Source of the DNA: Deltaproteobacteria bacterium
GTDB taxonomy: Bacteria > Desulfobacterota > Binatia > UBA1149 > JAJCZL01
Direction of reading: 5' to 3'
Assembly (NCBI GenBank): GCA_029262415.1
Contig: JAJCZL010000001.1
Location: forward strand, 53,368 to 117,367
DNA: 64,000 nt
Positions 50,197 to 58,651 of the stretch are shown piece by piece. The notes beneath the pieces are model-generated. The model worked only from the letters and a program-made list of their open reading frames with translations. It was not told the origin of the DNA and ran no database searches. Position 1 is the first letter of the stretch. Each line of letters starts with the position of its first letter. Both the position numbers and the translations under genes were made by a program.

Positions 50197-50679
50197 TCAA
50201 GTCGACGAGGCTTGCACCTCAACGCTCCCGGCCGAAGCGGGAGGACGAACGACCAGCACCGGACACGGAGCCGAACGAATCACTCGCTCGGTAACGCTTC
50301 CGATGAACAGGTGTCCGAGCCCGCGTCGCCCGTGCGTCGCCATCACAATCACGCTCGCGTCCCATTTCTTAGCCTCGTCGCAGATGACGTCGTCGGTAAC
50401 GCCGCGCACGACTCGGGTTTCCACGTCGGGGATCGTATGCAGATGCCGCTTCACCCAGCCCTCCAGCTGCTTGATAGCCGAGCGCTCGATCGCTAATTCG
50501 ATATCGGCCATATCGACCGGTGGATGAAAATCGGTGTACGCGAGTGAAATGCTGTGCGGGACATGCAGGACCATCAGTGCCGAGCCCTCGTCCTTGGCCA
50601 AGTGGGCCGCGTATTGCACCGCCGCGAACGATTCCGCTGATAGATCGGTTGTGGTCATAATTTTCTTGAAGCGTTGCAT
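50197..50679 (-). CDS. Universal stress protein
   Basis: TTDLS...IVMATHGRRGLGHLFIGSVTERVIRSAPCPVLVV. Confidence 0.95.
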   Translation of the reverse strand: MQRFKKIMTTTDLSAESFAAVQYAAHLAKDEGSALMVLHVPHSISLAYTDFHPPVDMADIELAIERSAIKQLEGWVKRHLHTIPDVETRVVRGVTDDVICDEAKKWDASVIVMATHGRRGLGHLFIGSVTERVIRSAPCPVLVVRPPASAGSVEVQASST

Positions 50680-50893
50680 AACGGTCGTCCTCCTATCGTT
50701 GCACCTGATCAGTGTTAGCAGTCGACGACGGTGTTCGGAAACGTGACGGTACCGCGGACCTTAATCGTCCGCCCGGTCATCTCCCCACGCTGGCGTGTCC
50801 CAATTCCGCACGAAGTGGGACACTAAAACTCACTCGCACGCGTGCCACTAGACACTACGAGCGCGAAGGCCTGGCGCCGCTAGTACCTACATT

Positions 50894-50939
50894 ATAAGTG
50901 CCTCCGGCATGACTCGAACATGCTACCTACGGATTAGGA
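50894..50939 (-). repeat. Displaced 3' half of tRNA-Arg(CCT) (att direct repeat)
   Basis: 45 of 46 nt identical to 61754-61799, running from the anticodon loop to just past the tRNA 3' end. Confidence 0.93.
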
Positions 50940-50960
50940 TGCGCGTTGAAGACGTAAGGG

Positions 50961-53525
50961 TCAGTCTTTGCAGGCGGTTTTCTTCGTCGTTGCCTTGCAG
51001 GGGACGCCGCGGGCGGTCAGGCAGTCATCCACGGCCGGATCGGCGCCGAACAACAAAGAGAACGAAAGCTCGCTTTGCAATAGGGCTCCGGTCACCTCGG
51101 TTCCTTTCATCGTGACGCGATACTTAGCGACGCCCTTGGACGGCACCTCGATTACCTTGACCTGGACGATGCCGTTGGCCGACGGAATCAACCCGGCCGA
51201 GTCGCGGAACCGGTACTTGCCGGCCGTTGCCGAGCTTTTGTCATCGAAGTCGGACGCGGCGATGGCGGCGGTATAGATGGTTTGCCCCGCTGCATCGCGC
51301 AGATCGACCAAGAGCCCCGTCACCGTCGGTGCCGAGCTGAAATCGGAGAGCGGCAGTTCTCCCTTGGCCTTGAGCCGGTCGTTGGCTGCTCCGTCCTTGA
51401 ACTTGACCGTGATCTTATTGCGCGAAGCCGCGCGTACGCCGTTGCTCTGGCATACACCGGCGCTACAGGTACCCGCCGGCGTGCAAAGGTCGCCGTCATT
51501 GCAAGTCGTGGCGCTCAAGTTCGCGTATACGCATCCGGTCGTGGCATTGCAGATGTCGTCGGTGCAGTCGTTGCCGTCGTCGCAGGCGGCGTCCGAGGGA
51601 GTGTGCTGGCAGACGTTACCGGGTCCGCAGGTGTCGACCGTGCAGGCGATGCCCTCCTCACAGGAAGCCAGATGTTCGCATGTGTGCGCGACGTTGTCGC
51701 AGGTATCGACAGTGCAGTCGTCGCCGTCGTCGCACAACGATACGCCGGGAAAGCCCGGAGTCCCGGCAACGCAGCCTTCGTCCTGGCATTGGCCGCTACA
51801 GAAGTCGCCGTCGGCCGTGTTGCCGTCATCGCAGCTCTCGTCCTGGTCGATCTCGGAGTTTCCGCACACCGAGCAGCCGCCGAGAGCCGGGTCGAGAACG
51901 AGCGAAACCGATGGAGCGACGGTTCCGGCGAGTATCGGCGGCTTATCGGCATCGCGGTATCTTATGTTGTTTTGGCCTTGCCAATAATCCGTCGATGTCC
52001 CGGCGATAAGCTGGGAACCTGCGTCCATGATCATGCTTTCGCGTATGACCAGGTCGTTGTCGCCGGCAGTTTCTTGCGGCGAGCCGTTCGCGTTGTCGAT
52101 TCGCCCACCGTCGAGCATCCTCAATCGGCACACATCGATTTCCGTGAAGCCGCCGTTGATGTCGGCGCCGTTTAGAATCTTGCCTCCGATGGTCACGTCA
52201 TTGCCGACCCGCAGATCCAGCATGCCACCGTAGCCGCCGTAGGCGTATTCGCCGGCGCCCGAGAGGTTGCGACCACGCACGTCGACCGTACCGTCGATCC
52301 TCACCGGACCGTCGGAGCGAATGGTCAACTCGGCGCCTGTTTTCGAGTGTCCGTCGATGAGCCCGCTCGACCCCACGGCTAAGCCTCCACCGTAGGCCTC
52401 GAAGTTCATCAAGCCACCCTGTCCGCAACGGCCCAGCCCTTGGGCGACGACCTCTCCATCCAGCGTGATCGTATCGCCGGAGAAGTACACGTTGGCGCCC
52501 AGGGGCTCGCCGCTACAACCACCGAAGCCGCTGTTGCCGATGAACTTGGCGTGGTCTTCGAATATGACGTTGCCGTCGGCGTAAAAAGTGCCGTAGCCGC
52601 CGTAGCCTTGGTACAGGTAGCCGTAATAGAGCACCGAGTTGCCGTTGGCGCTCAGCCGCGTCTTGTCGCCGGGGATCGTCGAGCCGGCGATGAGCAGGTC
52701 GCCGCCGGCGGAAAAGCCGATCGAACCGCCGGAGGCGCCGGAGACGTTACCGCCATTGCTGGTGATGTCATCGCCGACGGTGATGTTGCCGCTGGCCTCC
52801 AGTTGAGCGGCACCACCGCGTCCCCCGGAGAGTTCCATGCTCGCCCCGGTGCTGATGTCTTGCGAAGCTATCATGGTGACGTCGCCCGCATACTCGGCGT
52901 AGGTATAGCCGCTCGATGGTCCGGCATTGCCTTCGATTTTCGCGTTCGAGATCACCGATCCCGTGAACGACTCGATCTTGAGCGTGCCGGCATTGGCGCC
53001 GCCGACCGAACCGTCGATCTTGATCGTGCCCGAAAGAGTGACGTCGCCGGAGGCGTCGAGGACAACGTCGCCGCCCGGGTTGCCGCTGGCGATCAGCTTG
53101 CCGTCAAAATTGATGACGCCGCCCCCGACGCTGCAGGTGCCGACTGCGAGAACGCTGCAGGCGACATCGTCGAGACAGGCAACAGTGGGATCCCCGGAAC
53201 AGCCGCGTTGGGCGGTTACCGAGAACGTTCCTGCGGTCTGCCCGCCCAAGCGGAGGTCCACCGCAGTATTGTTAGCGCCCACGTCGACGAGAAAATCACC
53301 GCAGAGGACGCTGCTTGTCCCTTTCAATTGCCCGGCGCCGGTTACTTGCACCGTGCGCAGGCCGAAATCGAGAACGCCGGGGGGTAGTACTTCGACCACG
53401 TCGCTGATCACGCAGGGATCGGCAGTGGGAGCGCAGACATCGTCGGGGCCGTTGGCGACGATGATCGCGCCGGCCGGAACGGCGAAAACCCAAGTCAGGA
53501 GAGTCGCGTACAGAGTCTTACTCAT
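50961..53525 (-). CDS. Large secreted Gly-rich protein with Cys-rich repeats (adhesin-like)
   Basis: Sec signal ending PAGA; Gly/Ser/Asn-rich region; CGNSEIDQDESCDDGNTADGDFCSGQC (Myxococcus cysteine-rich repeat-like); four CDDGxxCTxDxC-type repeats. Confidence 0.8.
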   Translation of the reverse strand: MSKTLYATLLTWVFAVPAGAIIVANGPDDVCAPTADPCVISDVVEVLPPGVLDFGLRTVQVTGAGQLKGTSSVLCGDFLVDVGANNTAVDLRLGGQTAGTFSVTAQRGCSGDPTVACLDDVACSVLAVGTCSVGGGVINFDGKLIASGNPGGDVVLDASGDVTLSGTIKIDGSVGGANAGTLKIESFTGSVISNAKIEGNAGPSSGYTYAEYAGDVTMIASQDISTGASMELSGGRGGAAQLEASGNITVGDDITSNGGNVSGASGGSIGFSAGGDLLIAGSTIPGDKTRLSANGNSVLYYGYLYQGYGGYGTFYADGNVIFEDHAKFIGNSGFGGCSGEPLGANVYFSGDTITLDGEVVAQGLGRCGQGGLMNFEAYGGGLAVGSSGLIDGHSKTGAELTIRSDGPVRIDGTVDVRGRNLSGAGEYAYGGYGGMLDLRVGNDVTIGGKILNGADINGGFTEIDVCRLRMLDGGRIDNANGSPQETAGDNDLVIRESMIMDAGSQLIAGTSTDYWQGQNNIRYRDADKPPILAGTVAPSVSLVLDPALGGCSVCGNSEIDQDESCDDGNTADGDFCSGQCQDEGCVAGTPGFPGVSLCDDGDDCTVDTCDNVAHTCEHLASCEEGIACTVDTCGPGNVCQHTPSDAACDDGNDCTDDICNATTGCVYANLSATTCNDGDLCTPAGTCSAGVCQSNGVRAASRNKITVKFKDGAANDRLKAKGELPLSDFSSAPTVTGLLVDLRDAAGQTIYTAAIAASDFDDKSSATAGKYRFRDSAGLIPSANGIVQVKVIEVPSKGVAKYRVTMKGTEVTGALLQSELSFSLLFGADPAVDDCLTARGVPCKATTKKTACKD

Positions 53526-54385
53526 GGCTGAGCATCAGATACGCGGCTGCGCATGGCACCGCGGGCGTTGTTGTCGCTTGTCGATCCCTTCGTGACTTGG
53601 TGACGCCCGCGTACGACGATACCGTGGCCCCCGTTATCGACCGAGACCACGCCGCTGATATCGTTACCGCGACCGTCGGAGACGACACCGTGGCTGCCGT
53701 TGCCTGCTGCGCGGCCGTCGACGAGTGCCCCGCGTGACTTGAGCCGGATTCCGGCGCCGGCGTTTCGCTCGGCGCGAACGCCAACGAGTCGACCCCCCTC
53801 TCCGGACATGCGTAGGCCGTCACCGCCGTTCTGTATCGCGGCGACGTCGACCAGTACGACGCCGGCCGAGCGAATGTGCACGCCGTGATGCCGGCAGCCA
53901 TTAGTTTGCACACGTTCCACGCGACGCAGGCTGTTCTTGCGCGTCGCGAGAATGCCGGTACCGAAACCGACGACCTGCCCCACCTCGCTGCCGGTTCCGC
54001 CGATGATCAACGCGCCTTCGCTGCCGCCGCTCTCGACGCGGATGCCGACTCCGTAGCTGGTTCCCAAGATCGACAGGCCGGCGAGATCGACGGTTATGTT
54101 CTCGGCCAGAGAAGGGGCTCTGACGACCAGACCGTTCAAACGGCAGCGTGTCGTCACGACCGGGTCGTCCGCTCGTAGAGTGGTGTCACCGGCGACGATG
54201 TCTCCGCACGCGCACGCGACCCGCACACCGCCGATGTCGTCGCCGCAAATGGTGGCAGCAGCCGTTTGCACTCCTATTAATGCGGCGCCGAGAAGAACCG
54301 AAGCGGAGGACAAAGCGACCGCGGGCAACACTCCGACGCGGCGGACCCTCGTTGGTTGCGATTTGGCCACGGTAGAGGCTAGCAA
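53522..54385 (-). CDS. Secreted right-handed beta-helix protein
   Basis: Signal peptide; repeated NxGxGI/NGGDG units; stop overlaps the ATG of the downstream gene. Confidence 0.75.
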   Translation of the reverse strand: MLASTVAKSQPTRVRRVGVLPAVALSSASVLLGAALIGVQTAAATICGDDIGGVRVACACGDIVAGDTTLRADDPVVTTRCRLNGLVVRAPSLAENITVDLAGLSILGTSYGVGIRVESGGSEGALIIGGTGSEVGQVVGFGTGILATRKNSLRRVERVQTNGCRHHGVHIRSAGVVLVDVAAIQNGGDGLRMSGEGGRLVGVRAERNAGAGIRLKSRGALVDGRAAGNGSHGVVSDGRGNDISGVVSVDNGGHGIVVRGRHQVTKGSTSDNNARGAMRSRVSDAQP

Positions 54386-54499
54386 ACCGGTCTGTTTCCG
54401 GTCAAGGGTCTACTGCCGTCTTTTACTGACTTTCCTCTCGGCGGCACGGTGCGGCCGCCCCGAATGGGGGCCAGAGGCCGCCGGGGCTATCGACGACAC

Positions 54500-55864
54500 T
54501 CAGTCGATATAGCCCAGCCCGCGCAGCTGGAATTCCAGGTTCTCGTGGTCATCCGCCGAAGCGCTCGACTCTTGACGAGCGCCCGATCGCGAGGGGTGTA
54601 GCTCCGACCAACTCGACAAGTCGCGGCTGAGTTTGTCTACGTGGCCGCCTTCGGTGATCGGGTGTAGCTCGCTCGGATCGTTGACCAAATCGAAGTAGGC
54701 GTGTTCGTCGCGCGTTATCCAGTGGATCAACTTGGCGTCGGCTGTCGTGACCGAGCGCAGATGGCCTTTGCCTTGGCCGCGGTCGGGACTGCGTTCTGTT
54801 TCGCTGACAACCAAGCCGACCGGTGCGGAACCACCGGCGATGAAGTGCGCGAGAGAGGCGCCGGGGAGTGGATGCTCGCGGATGCCGACCAGATCCAAGA
54901 TCGTCGAAGCGATCGTGACCGAGGCCGGAACGGTATCGGGAATGCGGCGCGCTTCGATTCCCGGCCCCACAAACAACAGAGGGACGTGCAGGACCTCTCG
55001 ATACAGTGTGTTTACGTGAAAGCAGCGACCGTGTTCGAGAAACTCCTCGCCGTGGTCGGAGAGAAATACGATCACCGTATGGTCTAGTAGGTTTCGCTCT
55101 TGCAGATATGCGAGCAGTTTGCCGACGTACCTGTCGCCGCGATGTATGGCGCCATCGTATTCGGCGATGTAGCGTCGAATGCTACTGCGCTGCTTGTCGC
55201 TCTGGCAAAAACTTCGCAACCCGCGTTTCGGCGGGGACTCGGGCAGATCGATGGCTGCGCGATCTAAGGCATCGGTGAGATAGGGCGTATGGGCATCGTA
55301 ACCGTGCGAGAACAGGAAGAACGGCTCCTCCATATCCTGTTCGAACCAGTATTTGGTAGCTTCGAGATTGTCGCGGAAGTACTTGCCGTTGGTACGGTAG
55401 GTGTCAAAGCCGTTGTCGAAGCCGAAGGCCGCATCGAGATTCCCACCGCCTGTGAATGCCGCCGTCACATAGCCTTTGCCTGACAAGACCCCTGCCAAAG
55501 TCGGTATGGTATCGGACAGTCGAGCACGGTCGCGCAGCGCTTTGTAGCCGTGCTCGGCCGGATAGAGGCCCGTAAACATCGACATATGCGCCGGGCGCGT
55601 CCAGGAAGACTGGCTGATCGCATTTTCGAACAGGGCCGCAGCGGCTGACAGTCGATCGATGTTGGGGGTGACATCGCGAGCTTCGTAGCCGTAGGCACCC
55701 ATGTGATCTGCGCGCAACGTGTCCATCGAAATCAGCACTACGTTGCAGCCCGGGCAGGCGGGGACGGGGGGCTCGGGCGCTCGACTACAGTCGGCGGCCA
55801 AGGCCACGGCGCCCGCCAGCGCTAGGCTGGTTAGCCACGTATGTCGGTTCGCAGGATCACGCAC
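54500..55864 (-). CDS. Sulfatase-like hydrolase (alkaline phosphatase superfamily)
   Basis: SMDTLRADH, WTRPAHMSMFTG, HGYDAHTPY, SDHGEEFLEHG; N-terminal signal. Confidence 0.88.
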   Translation of the reverse strand: MRDPANRHTWLTSLALAGAVALAADCSRAPEPPVPACPGCNVVLISMDTLRADHMGAYGYEARDVTPNIDRLSAAAALFENAISQSSWTRPAHMSMFTGLYPAEHGYKALRDRARLSDTIPTLAGVLSGKGYVTAAFTGGGNLDAAFGFDNGFDTYRTNGKYFRDNLEATKYWFEQDMEEPFFLFSHGYDAHTPYLTDALDRAAIDLPESPPKRGLRSFCQSDKQRSSIRRYIAEYDGAIHRGDRYVGKLLAYLQERNLLDHTVIVFLSDHGEEFLEHGRCFHVNTLYREVLHVPLLFVGPGIEARRIPDTVPASVTIASTILDLVGIREHPLPGASLAHFIAGGSAPVGLVVSETERSPDRGQGKGHLRSVTTADAKLIHWITRDEHAYFDLVNDPSELHPITEGGHVDKLSRDLSSWSELHPSRSGARQESSASADDHENLEFQLRGLGYID

Positions 55865-55945
55865 GGTCGTCGATCGAGCGGATCATATCGCGGGCCGCGC
55901 CGGATTGGCAGCGCGTTGGGGTCCGTTTCGCAGCGGGCATCGCTC

Positions 55946-55961
55946 TGGCACGGTACTGGCT
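55946..55961 (+). promoter_or_regulatory. Possible sigma54 promoter of the radical SAM operon
   Basis: TGGCACGGTACTGGCT (GG-N10-GC, perfect -24 box, imperfect -12 box); a TTGACA also lies at 55967. Confidence 0.45.
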
Positions 55962-56022
55962 TACGGTTGACACGGCTGCTTCAAGTACTATTGAATGCGA
56001 TCGGACCAGGGGCTCCAGAGTC

Positions 56023-57552
56023 ATGCCCATCTTACCGAGGCTGCCGCAACGTGTGCTCGCCGGGCGAGGCGGTTGTATATCCGCTAGGCGCCTGGTCGAG
56101 TATCACCTGTTCGAACGGCTCGGCCGCACAATTCTCCTGAACGTCGAGACCATGCTGTTTTACGAGGCCACGCTACTGGTGCGTGAACTCGTCGAGCAGC
56201 TGGCCACCGAAGCGGAAGTCGATCCGATCTACGCCATGGGCCGGAGATATCCGCGCGCCGAGGTCGAGCAAGCGTTGGCCTATCTCGAGCGGGAAGGATT
56301 CCTGCGATCACCGGACGAAGCCGACCATCGCCCGGCTCCACCACTAAGGAAGCGGCGCGGTATCCGCCACCTGGAATTGATGGTCACGCATGGCTGTAAC
56401 ATGGGTTGCCGCTACTGTTACGGTGCTTACGGCGAGGCCGGGTGGAGCGATGCCCCGCACCTGTACGGATCGCAGAGCAAGGGCATGTCGCTTGAGACGG
56501 CGCTTCGGGGAGTCGATTTCCTGTTTCGCGAATCCGGCACGAACCGCGACTTAAGCCTGATTTTCTTCGGCGGCGAGCCGTTGCTCGAACTGAATCTGAT
56601 ACGCCGGATCGTCCCCTATGTCCGTCAACGCGAAGCAGAGACCGGCAAAACAGTTAGCTTGTCCCTGTCTACTAACGGAACGTTGCTCAGCGAGAAGGTC
56701 GTCGAGTTCCTCGTCGCCAATCGCATCGGCTGCCAGGTTTCGATCGACGGCGGAAAGGAAGTCCAGGATCGCAACCGACCGTTGCGCGGCGGCATGGCCT
56801 CCTACGATCGAATGCTTCCCGGCGTTCAACGGCTGATCGAGGCGCGACCGGGACGGGTTCGCGCGCGTGCGACGGTTGCTCACGACGAAGTGCAGGTAGT
56901 CGAGATAGTCGAGCATCTGCTCGGCCTCGGCTTTGGCTCGGTCCATGCCGAACCCGCTGTGGGTGGTCCTGAGGGCATGGCCGTGAGCGAAAGCGACGTC
57001 AGGGCAATCATGTGTCAAAACGAGAAGCTAGCCGGCAACTTGGTCGAGAGCGTGCGCGCGGACCGGCGATTAGACTACGCCAACCTAGTCCGCTTTGTTC
57101 GCCAGACCCGTGTTGTGCGTGAGCGCCTGGCTTACTATTGCGGTGCGGCCCGGACCTACCTGGCGCTATCGCAGGACGGGGCGTTCTATCCCTGCCACCG
57201 TTTCGTCGGTATGGACGACTACCGCATGGGCGATCTCGAAAATGGTCTCGATCTTCGCCTGCAAGACAGGATTCTGGCGCTTACGGTCGATGCGCGTGCC
57301 ACATGTAAGGATTGCTGGGCCCGGTACTTTTGTGGTGGTGGTTGCTGGAAGCACGCCGTCGACAACAGCGGCGGTCTCGAGCGGCCCGAAGAGGAGGTGA
57401 GTTGCCGGATCATCCGCCACACGATCGAGTGCGCGATGGCAATCAACACCGAGCTGCGCCTGATCGATGCCGAGGTCCTCGGTGACGGCACCGACCCGGC
57501 CGCTGTCGACCGCTACGGTCGGGCGCGCCCGGAGGTAAAGGCCGGTGCGTAG
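56023..57552 (+). CDS. Radical SAM/SPASM maturase with an N-terminal RRE (PqqD-like) domain; PapB/CteB/QhpD-like
   Basis: CNMGCRYC at 56395-56418, FFGGEPLL, STNG, SIDG; SPASM YCGA...YPCHRF...CKDCWARYFCGGGC...C; N-terminal YHLFE...LLNVE...EQALAYLEREGFL RRE-like segment. Confidence 0.93.
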   Translation: MPILPRLPQRVLAGRGGCISARRLVEYHLFERLGRTILLNVETMLFYEATLLVRELVEQLATEAEVDPIYAMGRRYPRAEVEQALAYLEREGFLRSPDEADHRPAPPLRKRRGIRHLELMVTHGCNMGCRYCYGAYGEAGWSDAPHLYGSQSKGMSLETALRGVDFLFRESGTNRDLSLIFFGGEPLLELNLIRRIVPYVRQREAETGKTVSLSLSTNGTLLSEKVVEFLVANRIGCQVSIDGGKEVQDRNRPLRGGMASYDRMLPGVQRLIEARPGRVRARATVAHDEVQVVEIVEHLLGLGFGSVHAEPAVGGPEGMAVSESDVRAIMCQNEKLAGNLVESVRADRRLDYANLVRFVRQTRVVRERLAYYCGAARTYLALSQDGAFYPCHRFVGMDDYRMGDLENGLDLRLQDRILALTVDARATCKDCWARYFCGGGCWKHAVDNSGGLERPEEEVSCRIIRHTIECAMAINTELRLIDAEVLGDGTDPAAVDRYGRARPEVKAGA

Positions 57553-58597
57553 ACGAAGGTTCTTGAGTTGGTTGCTGCGCCTTACCGGCGGCTGTTTCAC
57601 GGTTGCTGCGGGGATTGGCGCGGCGCCGTTGGCGCGAATCAACACCGTGTTGCTCGGTGAGGCCTGGGCGCAAGAGCCGTGCACCGAGGACATGTGTGCG
57701 ACGCGCGATGCGTGCGCGCTAGGAGACACGATCGGGCATACATGTGAGCTGCGCGACATCTGTGACACGGACGAATCGGGAGACTGCGCTGGAGATGTCT
57801 GTAGCAGCGATCGGTCGGAGGACTGCCGCGGCGATTCCTGCCAGTCCGACAACTCCGGTTCTTGTAACAGCGACAACTGCGATAGCGATTCGTCGGGGAG
57901 CTGCCGCAGTGATCAGTGCACGGATGATTCCTCGGGAGACTGTACCAGTGATCAGTGCGATACGGATAGTGTTGATTGTATCGGGGACGCGTGCACCACC
58001 GACGAGATCTGCCCGAGCGAGGTTTGCGGCGATGACGTTCCCGCTTGCGTTTCCGATTCTTGTTCGACGGATGCCTCAGGAAGCTGCGTCAGCGACGACT
58101 GCTCGGCGGATACCTCGGGCGCGTGCGCTAGCGACTCTTGCACGAACGATAGCTCGGGCAGTTGCCGCGGCGACAGTTGTCAAAGCGACGATTCCGGAAG
58201 TTGCCGGAACGATGCATGCACGACGCAGGACAGCTCGGTTTCCTGCAGATCCGACGCTTGCGACATCGATGGTGCGGGGTCGTGTGTCGCCGACGGCTGT
58301 GCCACGGATGGCGCAGGTGCCTGCACAGCCGACCGCTGCCAGGCCGACGGGTCGGGAGACTGTGCATCGCAGGACATCTGTGTAGTGGACGCATCATCGC
58401 TGTGCGGAAGTGACCTGTGCCGCGACGACCGCAGTCCGTCTGAGTGTACGGCAAAGGATACCTGCGCACTCGACTTGGCCGAGAACAGGCATTCGGTACG
58501 CCGGCACCTGGCGCGAAAGGATATTGACCGGGCGACAAAGTGGCTCTACGGGCTGTCGGCGACAGTCTTTTGGCTCGGAGGAAGTTGGTCGGGATAA
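57545..58597 (+). CDS. Twin-arginine-signal Cys/Asp repeat protein A (putative radical SAM substrate)
   Basis: RRRRFL, AWA-QEPC cleavage site; 41 Cys in residues 46-310, each followed by D/E at +3 or +4; hydrophobic C-terminus; GTG overlaps the radical SAM stop. Confidence 0.85.
   Translation: MRRRRFLSWLLRLTGGCFTVAAGIGAAPLARINTVLLGEAWAQEPCTEDMCATRDACALGDTIGHTCELRDICDTDESGDCAGDVCSSDRSEDCRGDSCQSDNSGSCNSDNCDSDSSGSCRSDQCTDDSSGDCTSDQCDTDSVDCIGDACTTDEICPSEVCGDDVPACVSDSCSTDASGSCVSDDCSADTSGACASDSCTNDSSGSCRGDSCQSDDSGSCRNDACTTQDSSVSCRSDACDIDGAGSCVADGCATDGAGACTADRCQADGSGDCASQDICVVDASSLCGSDLCRDDRSPSECTAKDTCALDLAENRHSVRRHLARKDIDRATKWLYGLSATVFWLGGSWSG
57680..58474 (+). repeat. About 13-aa tandem repeat C-x2-D-x-C-x2-D-x-S-G-x (protein A)
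   Basis: For example CQSDNSGSCNSDNCDSDSSGSCRSDQCTDDSSGD. Confidence 0.9.
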
Positions 58598-58651
58598 AAT
58601 GGAGCGTTAAAGGCACGAGGATCGGCGCCGGATTTATGACGGAGTAGGCCA

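Noticed and set aside
54500-57552. Radical SAM gene as an anaerobic sulfatase maturase (anSME) for the adjacent sulfatase
   Set aside because: The sulfatase lacks the C/S-x-P-x-R target, the enzyme carries an RRE-like N-terminal domain, and it is translationally coupled to the Cys/Asp repeat gene instead. Not formally excluded without an assay.
57821-58180. Two CRGDSC (cyclic RGD-like) motifs in protein A
   Set aside because: Expected by chance within a C-x2-D pattern, and absent from paralog B.
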